Shown: one piece after another, positions 10,589 through 23,997 of the stretch
Position numbering within the stretch: position 1 is the stretch's first letter
Layout: each line of letters opens with the position of its first letter
Source: Curvularia clavata
Lineage: Eukaryota
Length of the DNA: 64,000 nt
NCBI GenBank assembly: GCA_023920165.1
Contig: CP089275.1
Coordinates: 744,001-808,000, forward strand
Direction: 5' to 3'
Program-made: the position numbers and the translations under genes
Notes under the pieces: generated by a model
Database searches by the model: none
The model's input: only the letters and a program-made list of their open reading frames with translations
Told to the model about the DNA's origin: nothing

Positions 10589-13500
10589 CTATATGATATA
10601 AAAGTCTTCGTCTGAATAATCATTAGGGTCGACATTCCTGATTCCAGATTGGAAATTTGTAAATTCTGTGAAGCCAACTCGCTCATACACACGTGCCTTT
10701 TCAAACTGTGTGTCAACCGCCTTTAAGACCAGACATAATGTACATCTCGACTCTCTGTCCAGCTCAGTCTCTTCATTTGTTTTGTAGATTTTCTGGAACG
10801 ACACCTCGGTTTTTACCAATGGGAATATGTAAAGCATCGCTGCTGAGTGTAGCTGATTCGGACCGGGCTTAGCGATTGCATAATCTGGAGAAAATTTCAC
10901 GCCCAGCTGGTCCGTCTTGCCAAGTATTTGAGTGCCAACAATGTCTTTGAGACGATAAACCGACATGTTTTGAGCATCGGTTGTCAATTCCCAGGAACTC
11001 GTGGTGATTTTCCCTCTCAAATAGAGGTAACAGCCCTCTTTTACAGGTCCATATATGTCTTCTGTGGCCAAGTTGATTTGCGCATCTAGGAGAGTGAATT
11101 GCGGATCCGGATTAAACAGGCAGATGTATCGTATGGGATCCGATATCGAAGCCCATGACCAAGAAGGTGCAATGTAGGTTGTTGACTTGGACTTGCGCAC
11201 CCTCTCCGTCCCTATTGCTTCAGCATTGGAGTTATCGTCTTTCCTAAAGATCATAGTCGATCCCACAAACCATGACATATCTCTAGTGAGGTCCATCCGC
11301 CATAGTCCAGCAAGATACATCGGCAGGCTCCCATGCTCACCGCCTTCATTCAATTTGTATCTCATATCGTACAATGTAGATGCCAGACCAGATATAGCAA
11401 TCAAGCGATCCGTGCTATACGTAATTCTCAAAGCGCTGTATGTCGTAACGAGGTGGTCCCAGCCGATAGCTGCAAGCTGTGCACGCTTGGCTATTATCCC
11501 CTCCTGTGATGTTGTTGTCCATCGTACATCCATTAACGGTTTCATCAGATGCACGAAGGATTGTCTTGCCTGACCACACTCGCAAGTCGTTAACTGAGCA
11601 CATTCAAACACGACTTCAGAACCGCAAAAGTGAAGTACTCTCGGGGATAGCCAACGTTCTTGTAAGACCCATGCACGGGTAAGAAGAGGAAAGCTTTCAA
11701 GGGCAGTCTCCAGATTATTCGAGTGGCCAAAATGAGGCTTTTCCTCCATCAAGTCGCAAGGGTAAGCAAGGAGACTGAAAAACCCACTTTCGGGATCCGT
11801 ACTAGTTGAGCTCACCACCGAGGGTCTTTCTGCAATCTCGAAACTCTTCTCTGAATTGGCAGAGCTTGTAGCTGCGATGCATACGGTGCAGTTGCGATAG
11901 TATGGCCCCATTCTCTGCGACTCGTAACTCCAATCCTCTTTGCTGTCTTGCTGTATGCAGAGCGAATCAATCCAGAGTCTTCTCAAGCCAAGCTTCTTGC
12001 AGACCTTTATTGCGTCGAGGAACACTGGTGTGAGATCGCTTTTGCGAATTTTCTTAGTGTATTCTGCTCTGGTTTCTTCTGTCAAAGTGCAGGGATGCGA
12101 ACCACCCCAACAATGACTCAGGCACGCATACTCTCCATGTTCGCCATTGGAAATGACTAGTTTCACGGGATCTGACTCGCTCAATCCAACGTCTAGATAC
12201 CGTGATGGAAGCTGAGGCGAGGCCGGAGTTAAGCAACCTTCGTGTTCTGTTTGACAGAGTTTGATCCAGCTCCGAATCGTCGACCATCTCAGATTCGGAT
12301 CCAGCCAACAAAGATCATGCGTATTCCGTGGGATAGTTCGATAACGTTTTGGAGCACGGGCTTTTGCCGCCCCTTTCTCATTTGCTTTTTCGTGGTCTCC
12401 AACTTGAAGCATTATTGCGCAATTTATGTCGACGCATTTTGGTACGTTTTGTTTTCCATGTACTAGCCGATCGTACAAGATTCTCCTCGTGCTAGTCTTC
12501 ATTCCATAAGCTCGAATTACAAGCAGCACTTCCCTCTTTGAAATAACTCTTAAAGGCCCGCGGTTTTCCCAGCGGTCGCGAGCTAGTACCCATGTTTCGC
12601 ACCGGTCACAAGCAGGTGCGTACTCCTTGATAGCTTTGTCAACCAATTTGCAAAACGTACAATGGCGAGTCTTTGAAACTGTTGGTCCATTGAGATGTAT
12701 ACTCGATCCCGAGGAAGGGGTATAGAGTGCGCCCGAATAGAACAAGTTGCTACACCGAGGGCATTCTGAGCCGAATCTGCGTCTGCAACGCCTTGTTAGA
12801 TATGTTACCTAACAAGCCTGTGTGCTAAAACAGTGGATTCTGTCTAAACGAAAAGTTCACTTACTTGACTAATGCACCTCCTTCATTAGTCACCAATTCG
12901 GCTAGATCAAATGATCTCTGAATCCATTTGTTATCACCCGCATTGAAGCTAGCAGTTAAGATCCCGCTCTCAAATCTTGTTTCGCGTGCATGTTCGGGTA
13001 TTGGCGTCTCAGAGAAAAAGGCGAACATCTCATCATCGCCTGGTCCAATTATATCATGGAGTCTGATGGTCGATTCCTGATATGAACCGCGTGAATTGAG
13101 GCAATTTGCGATGAGATGCCATGAACGCTTTTGCTTGCAGGTGATTAGTTTGGGAACATCCGCGTTGGGTAGCCATCTCCTATCTGATAAATCCGCCAGG
13201 ACTTCATAGTCCAGATCCTCGTTCTTCGTCACTCTGAGGGGCGAGAATGACCCATCTTTCAACCGTAGCACCCTGGACAATGCGATCGAGATTGGGTGGC
13301 CGTCATTGTGAGTCGCGCACAGAGTAGTGCCAATCATGTGAGCATTCTGAACACTGGTTGAGAAGTTTCGCTCATTTCTGTCGAAAGCACCATTTTTGAC
13401 GCCAAGGTAATCCTTTAGGTCAATATATATGTCCTTGGCTTTCTCATTCGGTCCAAGATACTTGGCTGTGAGGAGTCGCTGATCTATAAGTCTGAGATTG

Positions 13501-13841
13501 TAGCATCCTTGCAGGCGAATTTGATCACATCGGCGAAATTCGACCGGGAAGTTCACTGGGTTAGGGTCCGTGGAAACATTAACGACCACCTCGAGCTGAT
13601 CGTACCACCAGTCCCCTCCACTAGTCTTCAGCTCAGCGCATAGAATGTTCTGTTCTAGAACGATGTTCCGAGCACTGAACGAAAAACGGTATCCACCAGG
13701 TTGGAAGCTTCCTTCGTGGTTGCCGATCTTGGAGTCTAAAGGTAAGAGGTATGCGCTCAATCCTTCTAGTGGGGTCTGATATTCAATACATAGTTGACAT
13801 CGATCAACAAGCGCTAGCTTTAGCACTGGAGTATAATTCAT
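10589..13841 (-). CDS. CVNH (cyanovirin-N homology) x3 - HET domain fusion protein, ~1056 aa, two exons (13841-12865, 12782-10589)
   Basis: Exon 1 has three CVNH-like repeats (LDSKIGNHEGSFQPGGYRFSFSARNIVLE..LCAEL...GDW; IDLKDYLGVKNGAF...NFSTS; FDLAELVTNEGGAL). An 82-bp GTAAGT..CTAAC..CAG intron at 12864-12783 joins in frame to the HET ORF (YACLSHCWGG, WIDSLCIQQD, RAWVLQERWLSPR, APSWSWAS, YERVG). Confidence 0.85.
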
Positions 13842-14943
13842 TTTTGAGAATGCTCGATACTAGAGACTGAGGCTTGATATAAGAGCTGATTCTCTGTAGC
13901 AGAGGTTAATGGCCAAAATGACAAAGATGATGCTCAAAATTGGAGATTGATGCTCAACGAATGCCTAAAACCAGAGATAAGGGCAGAAAGAGCAATACCC
14001 CGCTTTATCACAGTGTAAGGCGGTAACAAGTGGCAGTACTTTGAAGTTGGCAGCCTAATTTCGGCAGAAAGGCTCTCTACTTCATACAAAACCGGGAAGT
14101 AAGCATTCTTGGGAACAAGCCAGCAAGCACGATGCTTACATGTTCGCTTGGTTGCTAATTTAGAGGGGCCTGCTTGGCTTACGCTTGCTTATTTAGTTAA
14201 AAGTGAAAGAACTACTTACTTAAAGCTGGCTTAATTAATATATATACCTAACTATACTAAAGATTTATGTAGACTTCTATCATGACAGAACACCTACTGA
14301 CAGCTTGCTTTAGCCAGTTCTGCAGTTGGAACCCCGCTGTGGGGAGCGATTGCCAGAATCTGTGGCCAGATTACTACTACTGCGTTGGTATATGAGCGGT
14401 TAGGTGATGATTTCTATTCGAGGGCTGGCTGCACGGACGCCAGGGTCGAACATCAAGGAAAGATATTGATCCACGTGAAGTGGCTACATTGTTGGGGTAG
14501 CGTTCTGCGGCGGGGTCAAGTTCCATATCTCAGGGGAAATGCTTGTTGAGGCTAGCCCCACTTAGCGTCCGTTGTATAGATTGGACCTCGCAGCCCGTTC
14601 AGAGTCAAGTAACAAAACCTTTACATCTTTGGTATGAATGACGCCAATGGCGACGTGAGCGCCTCTTGCGCGCTAACGCCAAAGCCTTATCGATTGGCAT
14701 GAATATTGAACGATGTTGACGGTATGCGATAATCCCTAGTGGTCGAGATTTGATTCCATGTTGGGGGTAGCCAAATTTACAGGGGAGAGAAGACGGCTAA
14801 TGCCCTCTTCCATACCCCAACTCGTCGTAACTGATCCGATTGCATAAATTTGCTGCATCTGCTTGGCAACGTGAAGTATACGATCCTGTCCGCCGTATCC
14901 CGAGGTCCTCTGCTTACCTTTTCACTTACTTCCAATGATAACG

Positions 14944-16023
14944 ATGGCCAAACTTGGCGCATGGTTGAGGAGGCATCTGGTGTTCAGGACAGTTCGTGAA
15001 AAACAATCCAAGGACCAGCCACCCTTCTTTACCTCAACGAGACGTCCTATCACGCCGATGTGTTTTGACACGGCAACATGCCCCTTCTTCTAACTGCCAT
15101 ACGACATCTGGAGCAAAATCCTGAATATGGCTTTTGGAGGGCTTGTTCTCCATATGGACGCCGTGCACGAAGAGAAATCTTGGAGATGGGAAGGGGCCGT
15201 ATGCAATCGGAACGGAGCAAAGTTGCTCCCATCGATGCGATACGGTTGGATTGGTCCATCGAACGACAGTTGCATACGGCAGATGAAAGACCACAAGCGG
15301 AGCTGGCCCACCAACCCAGACGCATTCGTTGCTGGTCCAGAGACGTGGTGCATTGGCATAATGGGCTTCCTACTGTCGTGCAGGCAGGCGTATGCTGAAG
15401 GTATTGAAGTATTGTACTCTACCAACTACATCTCCATGCACAGCGAGTTTTTACTTTCTCACCTGCCCAAGCTCATACCGCACAACCGACTCGCATCCAT
15501 CACCTCACTCGAGATAGTCGTCAAGGCGCACTTTATAAAGCAAGAGAATGGGAGGTCATCCTACAACCTCGACCACCTAGAGCTAGTTCTCGATAATATT
15601 GTCAAGCACTGTGGTCACCTCTGCAGATTCTGCTTATCGTTCGTTATCGACGAACGCCACGGCCACGCTCTCCTTGACGGTCCGGCTCTATCCTTGGCCG
15701 ATGCCTTTTGGAGGACCACGCAGTTACGCATTATGAAGGTCGAGCTGCCCGAACGGGATTACTGGCCGGCGTGGGATTACCAGCTGCAACCCAAGCACGA
15801 TCATCCATGCGAAGGACCGACGAAGCGCCACAACGATAGAGCGCTATGGAGATCGTTAGATGGTGAAAAGCCTGCGGTGCAGAAAAGAGCTATTGAACGC
15901 TTTCCATATCCGCCACTAAAGCTGCCAGTAGAGGAGACTGAGGATAAGCGAGTAGAGAGTGCAGGGTATTGGATTTGCGAGGGTTATATCGGCCATAGTC
16001 GTCTTATATGTACACTAATTTAA
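14944..16023 (+). pseudogene. DUF7730-like fungal protein with a premature stop (or N-truncated product from ATG 15127)
   Basis: ATG 14944 MAKLGAWLRR...TCPFF*LPYDIWSKILNMAFGG is in frame with ORF 15127-16023; TAA at 15091-15093 sits in an FF.LP..I motif; family motif GFLLSCRQAYAEGIEVLYSTN. Confidence 0.65.
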
Positions 16024-16199
16024 ATGCTATTCTGGGTCCTACATACTTTTATATGCTTCCGAGTGACTACTAGTCTGATAATGATCTGAGCAGTCTTGTG
16101 TGCGCGGTTACAGATTAGAAGCTTGGCTTTTTATCAAATATAACCTCGTGCATACTAAGGCAATTGCTCCATAGAGCTTAGCCCCTTATATTTTATTCA

Positions 16200-17320
16200 T
16201 GACATTTTCAAGACGCAATGCTTAATATAATAGCAATGTAGGATTATTCTTTTTTACTTACTCGAGGTAAAATGTAAATCTTAGAAGTATGTGTGTATAG
16301 TTTTCTTTCTGTCGATTTATCTAAGTGTAGAGTGGTGATGTTGTAGTCGTGGTTTTGCTTGCAGTTACGCTGTCGGCCTTCCTTTCCTTACATGATTTGA
16401 AACCCTTCTATGGAAAGAAGGCTTTTAATCGACCTTATAGAATAGATTAACCTGAGATCTGTAATCTATGGTGCTAAAATGTATTGCAAATTCAATGGAT
16501 ATTTTCTAATACTCAATAGTGTCCCCAATCTTTCTACTAATATCGAATATTATAGTAACCCTTTTTCTTCTTTTTATATACTCTAAGAAATATAGTATAT
16601 TACAAGTAACAAAGAAGGATTCTCTGCTTTGTTGAAAGATGTACAAGGGAAAAAGTCAGGTGGCTGGGCCTGGCCACCCGGGTAACTGACATATATATAC
16701 TCTTCCCTGTCTATCTTAGTTAGCCAATGAATCCATTATCCAACATCCTTGACGCAGGAGTCATGGTTGAAGGCCAACTAGCGACCACGTCAGAAGGTAA
16801 TAATCATCGCGGTGCTTAGAGTCACGTGATGCCCCATCAGGCCAAGGCTGGCTATGAGCGATGGCAGACCTACCTATAATAGCAGCCACCGTCAGGAAGG
16901 ATCCGACCATCAGTGATAGCACGAAACTCTCTAATAGCAGGACCGAAGGCAATAGGTATAGCAATAGGTTGGATTTCATTACTTGTTATGGTCAATTTAC
17001 AATAGTTCATCTCTTATATACATAGTTAATTAAGAAAGCTACTTTGTCTACCTACCTCCAACCTTCTTACATATTTAGCTATCTTATCACCTCCAATTCA
17101 CGAACTCCAACGCCTAGTAGTTAATACAAAGATAGTAGAGCAGGCATAGTAATAGAGTAGGGTATTAAAATTTACAAATCTAGGGGTAGAAAATAGCTAA
17201 ATTTAGCATAAAACCCTAACACTAAATCTAATTTAGTACGAATCTAGATGCGATTCGCCGCGTTATATTGGTTAGGGATTGAGGATAGAGAGTATTATTC
17301 AAGGGAGTCTATACAGTATG
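16200..17320. repeat. AT-rich intergenic region with TpA-rich RIP-like patches (probable TE relics)
   Basis: Composition only (16200-16620 and 16980-17270); no recognisable coding motif. Confidence 0.3.
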
Positions 17321-17328
17321 GCACCCTT

Positions 17329-19360
17329 TTACTTGCTAATTACAAAGTCGACACTCTTGTCTGTAGTTCTCATGATGCCCAGTCTTGGAGTAGACCTTTC
17401 CTCTTCGAAGTCGCTGAGCGCATCGTCTGGCTTCTCTCCTGCGACTCTTCCACTGGTGATTTTGCGATCAAATAACGCATTCACTAAGCTAGCAACGCTA
17501 AATTTGTCTTGCGCCTGGCCCGCCTCTTCCGTCAACTTCAGAAAGGCCCAAAATGTGAGAGTTATCCCAAGTAATGCATATACCAAGTTTGCAGTGACGA
17601 GAAACCACAAAGCAGTAACTGGAAGCGACGTGACAGTCTTTACATAGCGCTCTTGCACAAGAAAGCTAGGTCGAGGACTCAGTTGAGAAGCAAGTGGATA
17701 TGAATATGCCTTACTCATCCCTACTTCAAACGAGCGTATAAAGTTATCGGGTGAGCTGCGCGAAAGTGGTCCCGTTGCTTCATCCTGGAAGATGTTGGCC
17801 AAAGTGCCGACTTGGCGCGTACCCAACATGCTCGATATCCCTGCAACGCTGCCGTTACTTCGGGTCTGGTTCAGAATACTAATCTGCGATGTAACAGATG
17901 TGTATACTATATCCCACACTAATGAAGTTAGCACTCGATGGCACATCATGTATGTGAGAGCACCATACCTGTGACCTTGCAATGCATGAGTACAAACGCT
18001 CCTAGAAGATCATGCTTCCAGATCCTTGGATCCATGACAAATGACCGGGGCAGATGCGAAAAGTCACCTTGTACTGCTGAAGGAATTTTTCGCATTACGA
18101 GCACTTCCCAGTTGTTCTTAAAAATTGAGTTACCGTCCTCAGTTCCATTCGCCACAATCGTGATATTTAATCTCACTAGCTTGTTGTCGAAAAAAGGTGC
18201 ACTTTCTGCGGCGTATTTATGAAAATTCATCATGTTGGTTATTGTGTTGTGGCTGGTCAGATTCCCAGCAACGTCTAGGCCAGTGGCCTCCTGGGTGCAG
18301 TTGAAAGGAACTAGCATAACGGGGTTGCTTTGACGGTCCTGCGCATTGGTAATTGGTCTTGATGTACTACATGCCGCAGGTGGAATTGCAGAACACGTGG
18401 TAGACACTCCAAATGATGAAGCTTTCCAGTCTAGATTGATGCCGTCATTGGCTGGCCCAACAATGACATACTGAAACCCGGCTTTATCCATATATGTGAA
18501 CGCTTTGTGTTGATTGGATACGCCGTTCTTCATGTCTGAAATAGTGCTGGCATTGGTAGGTGCCAGGGTTGTTGCGTTGTTGTATGTCGCCTGCTGCAGA
18601 GTGATAGCACACCCCCAGAAGATCTCTTCCCTTGAGCTTCCGAATTTCGCTTTATCTGTACACCATGGTGCGAGGCCTCGACTGAACTGATTTTCCATTT
18701 GCGACAACTCTCTGTACTGAACAATCTGGGCTGTCTCGGCCGCTATGTGGAAGTATACATCTGCAGCCTGGACCAAAAGACTTTACGCATTAATCAGCCG
18801 ATATATCTTCATAGATTTTCAAAAATGGCTAACCTCGCAACAACTCCTAGATTGAAGACCGCAGAACAATTCGTGAGCAAACGCGGTGCCTTTGATGCTC
18901 CCTCTGTCCTCTCATGGTCCCAGAACACGTTTTTAGCTGCTGCGAATGCGAGTTCAAAGGAAACAGTGATCTCAGCGTTGAGGAGTCTCAACAGCATAGT
19001 TGTATGATCTGGGCCGAGCAAAGATTCGTTCTCGTGCTTCTCGGAAATTCGCAGATAAGACGCTGCATTGACGTACGAGTAAAGAGCCATAAGAACTCCC
19101 AACAGCGTAAAACTTATCGTAGCAGACCAAGAAGATACAAATGCTAGACGAGCTGCAGGGAACTCAACGAGGTAATGATGTTTAGAGGTTGTATTGACTG
19201 ATTGAGGACTCAGAGCTTTGTCTGGGTGGCTTTCGCTAACAAGATTTGCGTGCACAATGTATATGACGATTGTGGAGGATGCGATCATTGGAACAGTAAT
19301 AAGAAACGACTGCCAGAGAATTCTGCGGCTATACACGCTTTGCAAGACCGGATCTTTCAT
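17329..19360 (-). CDS. Uncharacterised multi-pass membrane protein with a large Asn-rich (N-glycosylation-site) luminal domain, 3 exons
   Basis: ORFs 18809-19444, 17946-18776 and 17329-17982 join via GT-AG introns at ~18833-18781 and ~17968-17918; hydrophobic segments near both termini; ATG 19360 (MKDPVLQS). Confidence 0.75.
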
Positions 19361-19829
19361 AATTTGGTGTTTTTTGCTCGTATCGCGTGCAAAGAGATAA
19401 CTTTGGACGTGATGATTGTAACTACGAATATAAAAGACGGGCATTCTGAGGGCATGTCTCCCACGTATCGTAGGATGACTTCAGAAACATACTGTGTATC
19501 GACAAACTGCGCCGCCTCCGAGAAACTTATGTGACAGTAACCGGAGTCAGTGCCGTTCTCAGTCGGTTCCGAGATACAGCTGCAGAGATCGTGCAAGATG
19601 CATAAATGTTGCGCTGAAGCGAACCAGTGGCCTGCAATCGCGCTGTTGGTCAGTGCGTTACATGTCTCAGGCGCACCCTTGCATTTCGTAAGGCAAACCA
19701 CACACGAGACACTCTACATGGTACTCGGGCCCAACGGTAGCTGCAGTAGAATTTCAATGAAATTGCCTGTGCTCCGTACGGTCCTATCACCTCGACGATA
19801 ATGATTACCTCAATAATGAGAATATAACT

Positions 19830-20388
19830 ATATATCGTGGCTCGATCTTAGACGATTCTATCGCGCAGAAGTTCGAGATAGAGACGATGTTTTCGTTCTG
19901 AATCGGCTTGGTGGCGGCTGCAATCCATGGGTGCGGCTCGCTTTGATTGAGGAAACTCTAGGTAACGTTTGATAAAGCGATAGACCTAGTGTTAACCGAT
20001 TTTTTTGGCGATATTTGAAGCTAATTTCTAAATAAGATCTCGATCAAGTATGGCGCTGCGTACGGTAAGTCGATCTCTATATTTTATCAGATCGATTTCT
20101 TATTAAAGATAGAAAGCCTGACAATTTTGAGCATCAACATAGTATGAAGCCGTTTGACCCTGGTGTCGGCGCGTGAGCGTTCTTCAATTAATACCAAACC
20201 TTTTCGCGGCTTGGGGGTATAAGGGTTTTTCGCCAGGTTCTAAAGCAGCGATGACTGCAGCGCAGCGTCGATAGGCTTCATTTAGGGTGGCTGCGGTGCG
20301 ATCATATAGGTGGTGTTGGTGGTGGGGTGGAGCGGATTTTGGCCCATCTGGTACGGTATTAATGGTGGGACGACTAAACGCCGCCGTA
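19830..20388 (-). mobile_element. 5' relic of a pogo-family transposon (psq/CENP-B HTH region)
   Basis: Degenerate frame AALEPGEKPLYPQAAKRFGIN*RTLTRRHQGQT...QEIDLIKY.DRLT...LASNIAKKIG*H*VYRFIKRY...MDCSRHQADS; preceded by a TA and a CCACC-rich terminus. Confidence 0.78.
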
Positions 20389-20498
20389 ACCTGCGACATT
20401 ACGTCATTAGTTTGGCAGTGGCGCTGATGCCTAAATACCAAGATCTTGCTCTACGACTATAAGTGCGCCGTCCCCACATCACTGCTTCAACCATAAAC

Positions 20499-21301
20499 AT
20501 GGCAGAAGAGAGTAACATACCGTGCGCATCTACCCGTTCATATACATCCTTTGTCAACGTGTATACGTCAGTCGCAGATTTGGCACTTATGCTAATAGAT
20601 CCAGTTATACGCTCCAACTCAGCACCAAGATATGTGATCGTCTGCCACGCGAACTTCGCAACCAAATATACTCACTCCTGGACCTTGAACAAGAGACTAA
20701 ACGGTCGAAACCAATTGACGACTTCGTTGGTGACCAGTTTTGCGAACAATTCTCTCGAGAATGTCTGCTTTGGTACTACGAGAACGTGTCGCAGATGCTA
20801 CATCGGCCGTTTTTTATTTACTATGACATCAAACGTCTCATTCAACTTTATCCTAAAGTTAAGAAGAGCCCAGGTTTGACTATTGTCTTGGAAGCGAGTC
20901 AGCCAGACTTCGAATTTGAGGATCTCACAACGCTCATGGACATGTTCAAGGCTACTGGATATTTTGACGATCTCAATAAAGACTTTAAAGTCTGTATTTA
21001 CATCGATCTAGCAATTCATCATATGTGGCGTTCCATGAATCCGAATGTTGAGCAAGCCATTGTATTTTCTCAAAGCATCCTCCAGTATTTCAGAATGCGC
21101 ATCAAGGACACTTCGTGTTTCGTGCGGTTGATGGAAGCCGAGGAATATGAGGCCAGAGAAGTGGGAATGAATATTACAGAGAACCTGGAGGAGTCAATGG
21201 ACGAAATACTAGAAAGAATAGGATGCTTGGTTCACGTGGGGATGAAATTTTCAACCCCAAAGTATGTAGAGGATAAGTCCTTCAATCGTACCCTATTGTA
21301 G
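20499..21301 (+). CDS. Hypothetical protein with an F-box-like LPRELRNQIY motif
   Basis: ATG 20499, a probable short intron ending GCTAAT..CAG at ~20604, then the long ORF to 21301; exact donor site uncertain. Confidence 0.55.
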
Positions 21302-21579
21302 AGTTAACATGCTACAGGTGGATCCAAAAGCCTTATGAGATGGCTATTAGGAAGGAAGAGTTGCTCAAACTGATTTGATACGCTATTTTCTTTTATTAGG
21401 TACTCTACTCTATCGCATAGTCTACTATCTTCGCATTAGCATTGCACTTAAATTTTGGATAGATAGTACTTCTTCTAACTATAAATAGCAAAGGACTTAT
21501 GCCATAAGTACAATATCATGAATAGTAACTACAAGACGCAGTTAAGACGTTTTAACGTTTGTAGATAGCGCATACGAGC

Positions 21580-22787
21580 AAAGTACCTACTACAGCAGGT
21601 TTATCATGTACAAAACCTGCAAGTTCTTCTTCATCGTGTTTGGTGTGACATGCGCAGCGTCCAACAGCCTAGGCTCGCTGGTTGCATACCGTTTCCTCGC
21701 CGGCGCCATGGGTTCATGCTCCATGACAATCGGTACTGGATCTATTGCCGACATTTTCCCAGCAGAGAAACATGCTGTAGCTATGGGAACTTACGTTATT
21801 GGTATAAAAGTTGGCCCAACCATCGGTCCTATTGTTGGGGGTTTCCTTGCTCCAGTAGCAGGCTGGCGCTGGGGCTTTTGGGTTGTAGCTATTGCTAGCG
21901 GTTGTGTGACCATCGTTGTTATTCTGCGTATACTTGAGTCATACCCCTACGCCATCCTTGGACACAAGGCACGGCGCTTGCAGGAAGAGACAAGAAGTAC
22001 GAATCTGCGGTCGGTACTACACACTGGAAAAACGCCAAAGAATCCGTTTACCTATTCTATTACCCGTCCGGTAAAGATACCTTTGTTGCCAATCGTCTTA
22101 TTGCTTTCCCTCTACGTGGCTAGCTTATACGCCTATCTCTACCTCTGCTTCACTACCTTTGAGGTTGTTTTCTCTCGTCAATACGGGATTTCCAGTGGGG
22201 AGGCCGGCTTAGCCAATCTCGGTATAGGTTTTGACTCGGCCTTAGGATGTGCTGGTAGTGTAGCCGCGAATGAAGTTTCCAGGAAATTGGCTGAAAAGCA
22301 CGGTGGTGACCCAAAGTCCGAGTATCAATTGCCAATCATGATACTTGGCGGGTTTTGTACCCCAATTAGCCTGTTCTGGTACGGATGGTCCGCATTCGCT
22401 AAAGTGCATTGGATTGTGCCTATTATTGGCAGTTCCTTTATTGGGATGAACATGGCCTTTACCTTTGTACGATTCCCTTTGCGAGCATCTTGTCGGCTTT
22501 GCTTTATTAATAGCTTGACTGATAACCAGTAGATGCCTACCACCATATACCTTGTCGAACTTTACACAGTCCATACTGCATCTATGACAGCTGCAAATAC
22601 AATTCTTCGATGCCTTTTAGGAGCTTTACTTCCGCTTGCTGGTACTCCTTTGTATGATAATCTGGGACTGTGCTGGGCCAAATCACTTCCTGGCTTCATC
22701 TCTATCGTCTTCTTCCCAGTACCATTTATCTGGTATCTTTATGGGGAGCATTTGGAGAACGCCAAGATTTTCAAAGTAGAGTTTTGA
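21580..22787 (+). pseudogene. MFS DHA1-family drug:H+ antiporter, 5'-truncated
   Basis: Motifs RFLAG..GS....G.GSIADIF, GPTIGPIVGG, GWRW, LFWYGW; intron 22467-22532; the first ~3 TM helices are absent and replaced by AT/TpA-rich sequence (21370-21580). Confidence 0.7.
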
Positions 22788-23997
22788 GCGACTACAGCGA
22801 GCTCTATCTGGATTAAAGCAAGTGACTGCTGTTTGGTCAAGTCCAGCTGCATAGTAAGGTTATCAGTCTATGAGATTAGCATTGGAATTACCATTCTAAT
22901 ACGCATGTCTAGTGAATTGGGTTCGTCCGTACTTACGGGACGTCAACTCATATATCAGCTCAGTGTAGGCCTAATATTTCTCTTACGCCAAGTCCTGAGC
23001 TGTAAAGCGCTCGTTGGGGAAATCTCACGTGGTTAACTATGCGATGGATGAGGTAAAAGGGCTGAGGGAAGCTTGATGGGAGGCGGAGATGAGATGCAGT
23101 AAGGTACTATGCTTTTAGCGTTCTGTCAAGTAATAATAGAGGCGCTTGTCTATAGGCAAGCGTGAGGCAGGTATTGTATAGGAAGATGTAAGCCCAGAAG
23201 TACCATGTATGGTCATGTGGTTGTCCACTTACCAATAACACTGTATTTAAACTTGCTCTTAGCATCATAAAGTGTGTACATGTCGTTCCTTTCATGCCTA
23301 GTATGCGTGATATGCGTGATATGCTGATGGTAGCTGACTGCTTAGGCGTATGCTTCTGCTCACCGACGGTAAGTAGTTTAGAAGATTTCTCATATCAATT
23401 GTACCGCTATCCTTTTACCGTGCCGAAATCACGTCACTAATTAACAATTAGCAAACTGGCCAGTCACGAACTTCTCAGTATTAAGCAAGCCACCCTCCTT
23501 GGAACAATTACACTATAGATGTTGATCCTTTCTAGCTTGATGTATCAGAATTCCAGGTATTGATAGTTATAAGAGTCGCCTCTCAAGTTGTCTGTTAATA
23601 GAACCCATCTGCGACAATCAACTCCAAGGATCTCCATAGCAGGAGCTTTATACCATTCAATAGCAGGAGTAGTTACAATATTTTGGGACGCTCACGCTAG
23701 AACTAAAACGTGGGAACTAAGGGGCTGATTCGTGTTAGACTAGGGCAAGTATACAGTAATAACCTCCTCTTGAAGCTTTTTAAGCTTCTTTGAGTTGGGT
23801 TCACAATCACGTCGCGCACGATGCTATGGTATACAAGTCATGAACTAGTGCTAGAAAGCTGAGGGCCAAGGTTGGAGTATCTGAACGATCTAGAAAGTCT
23901 TGTTGATGGACTTGATATGTACTATAACGAACAGCCAACATCTGCGAAAACTGATAATTTCCCCAAGAATGTGATACTGGCTCCAGATGTCCTAAAC

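Noticed and set aside
14100..14220. AAGC/GCTT-rich imperfect inverted repeats upstream of the CVNH-HET gene
   Set aside because: Arms too imperfect to call a MITE or hairpin; no TSD
23302..23330. TATGCGTGA short tandem duplication
   Set aside because: Two to three short units, consistent with replication slippage
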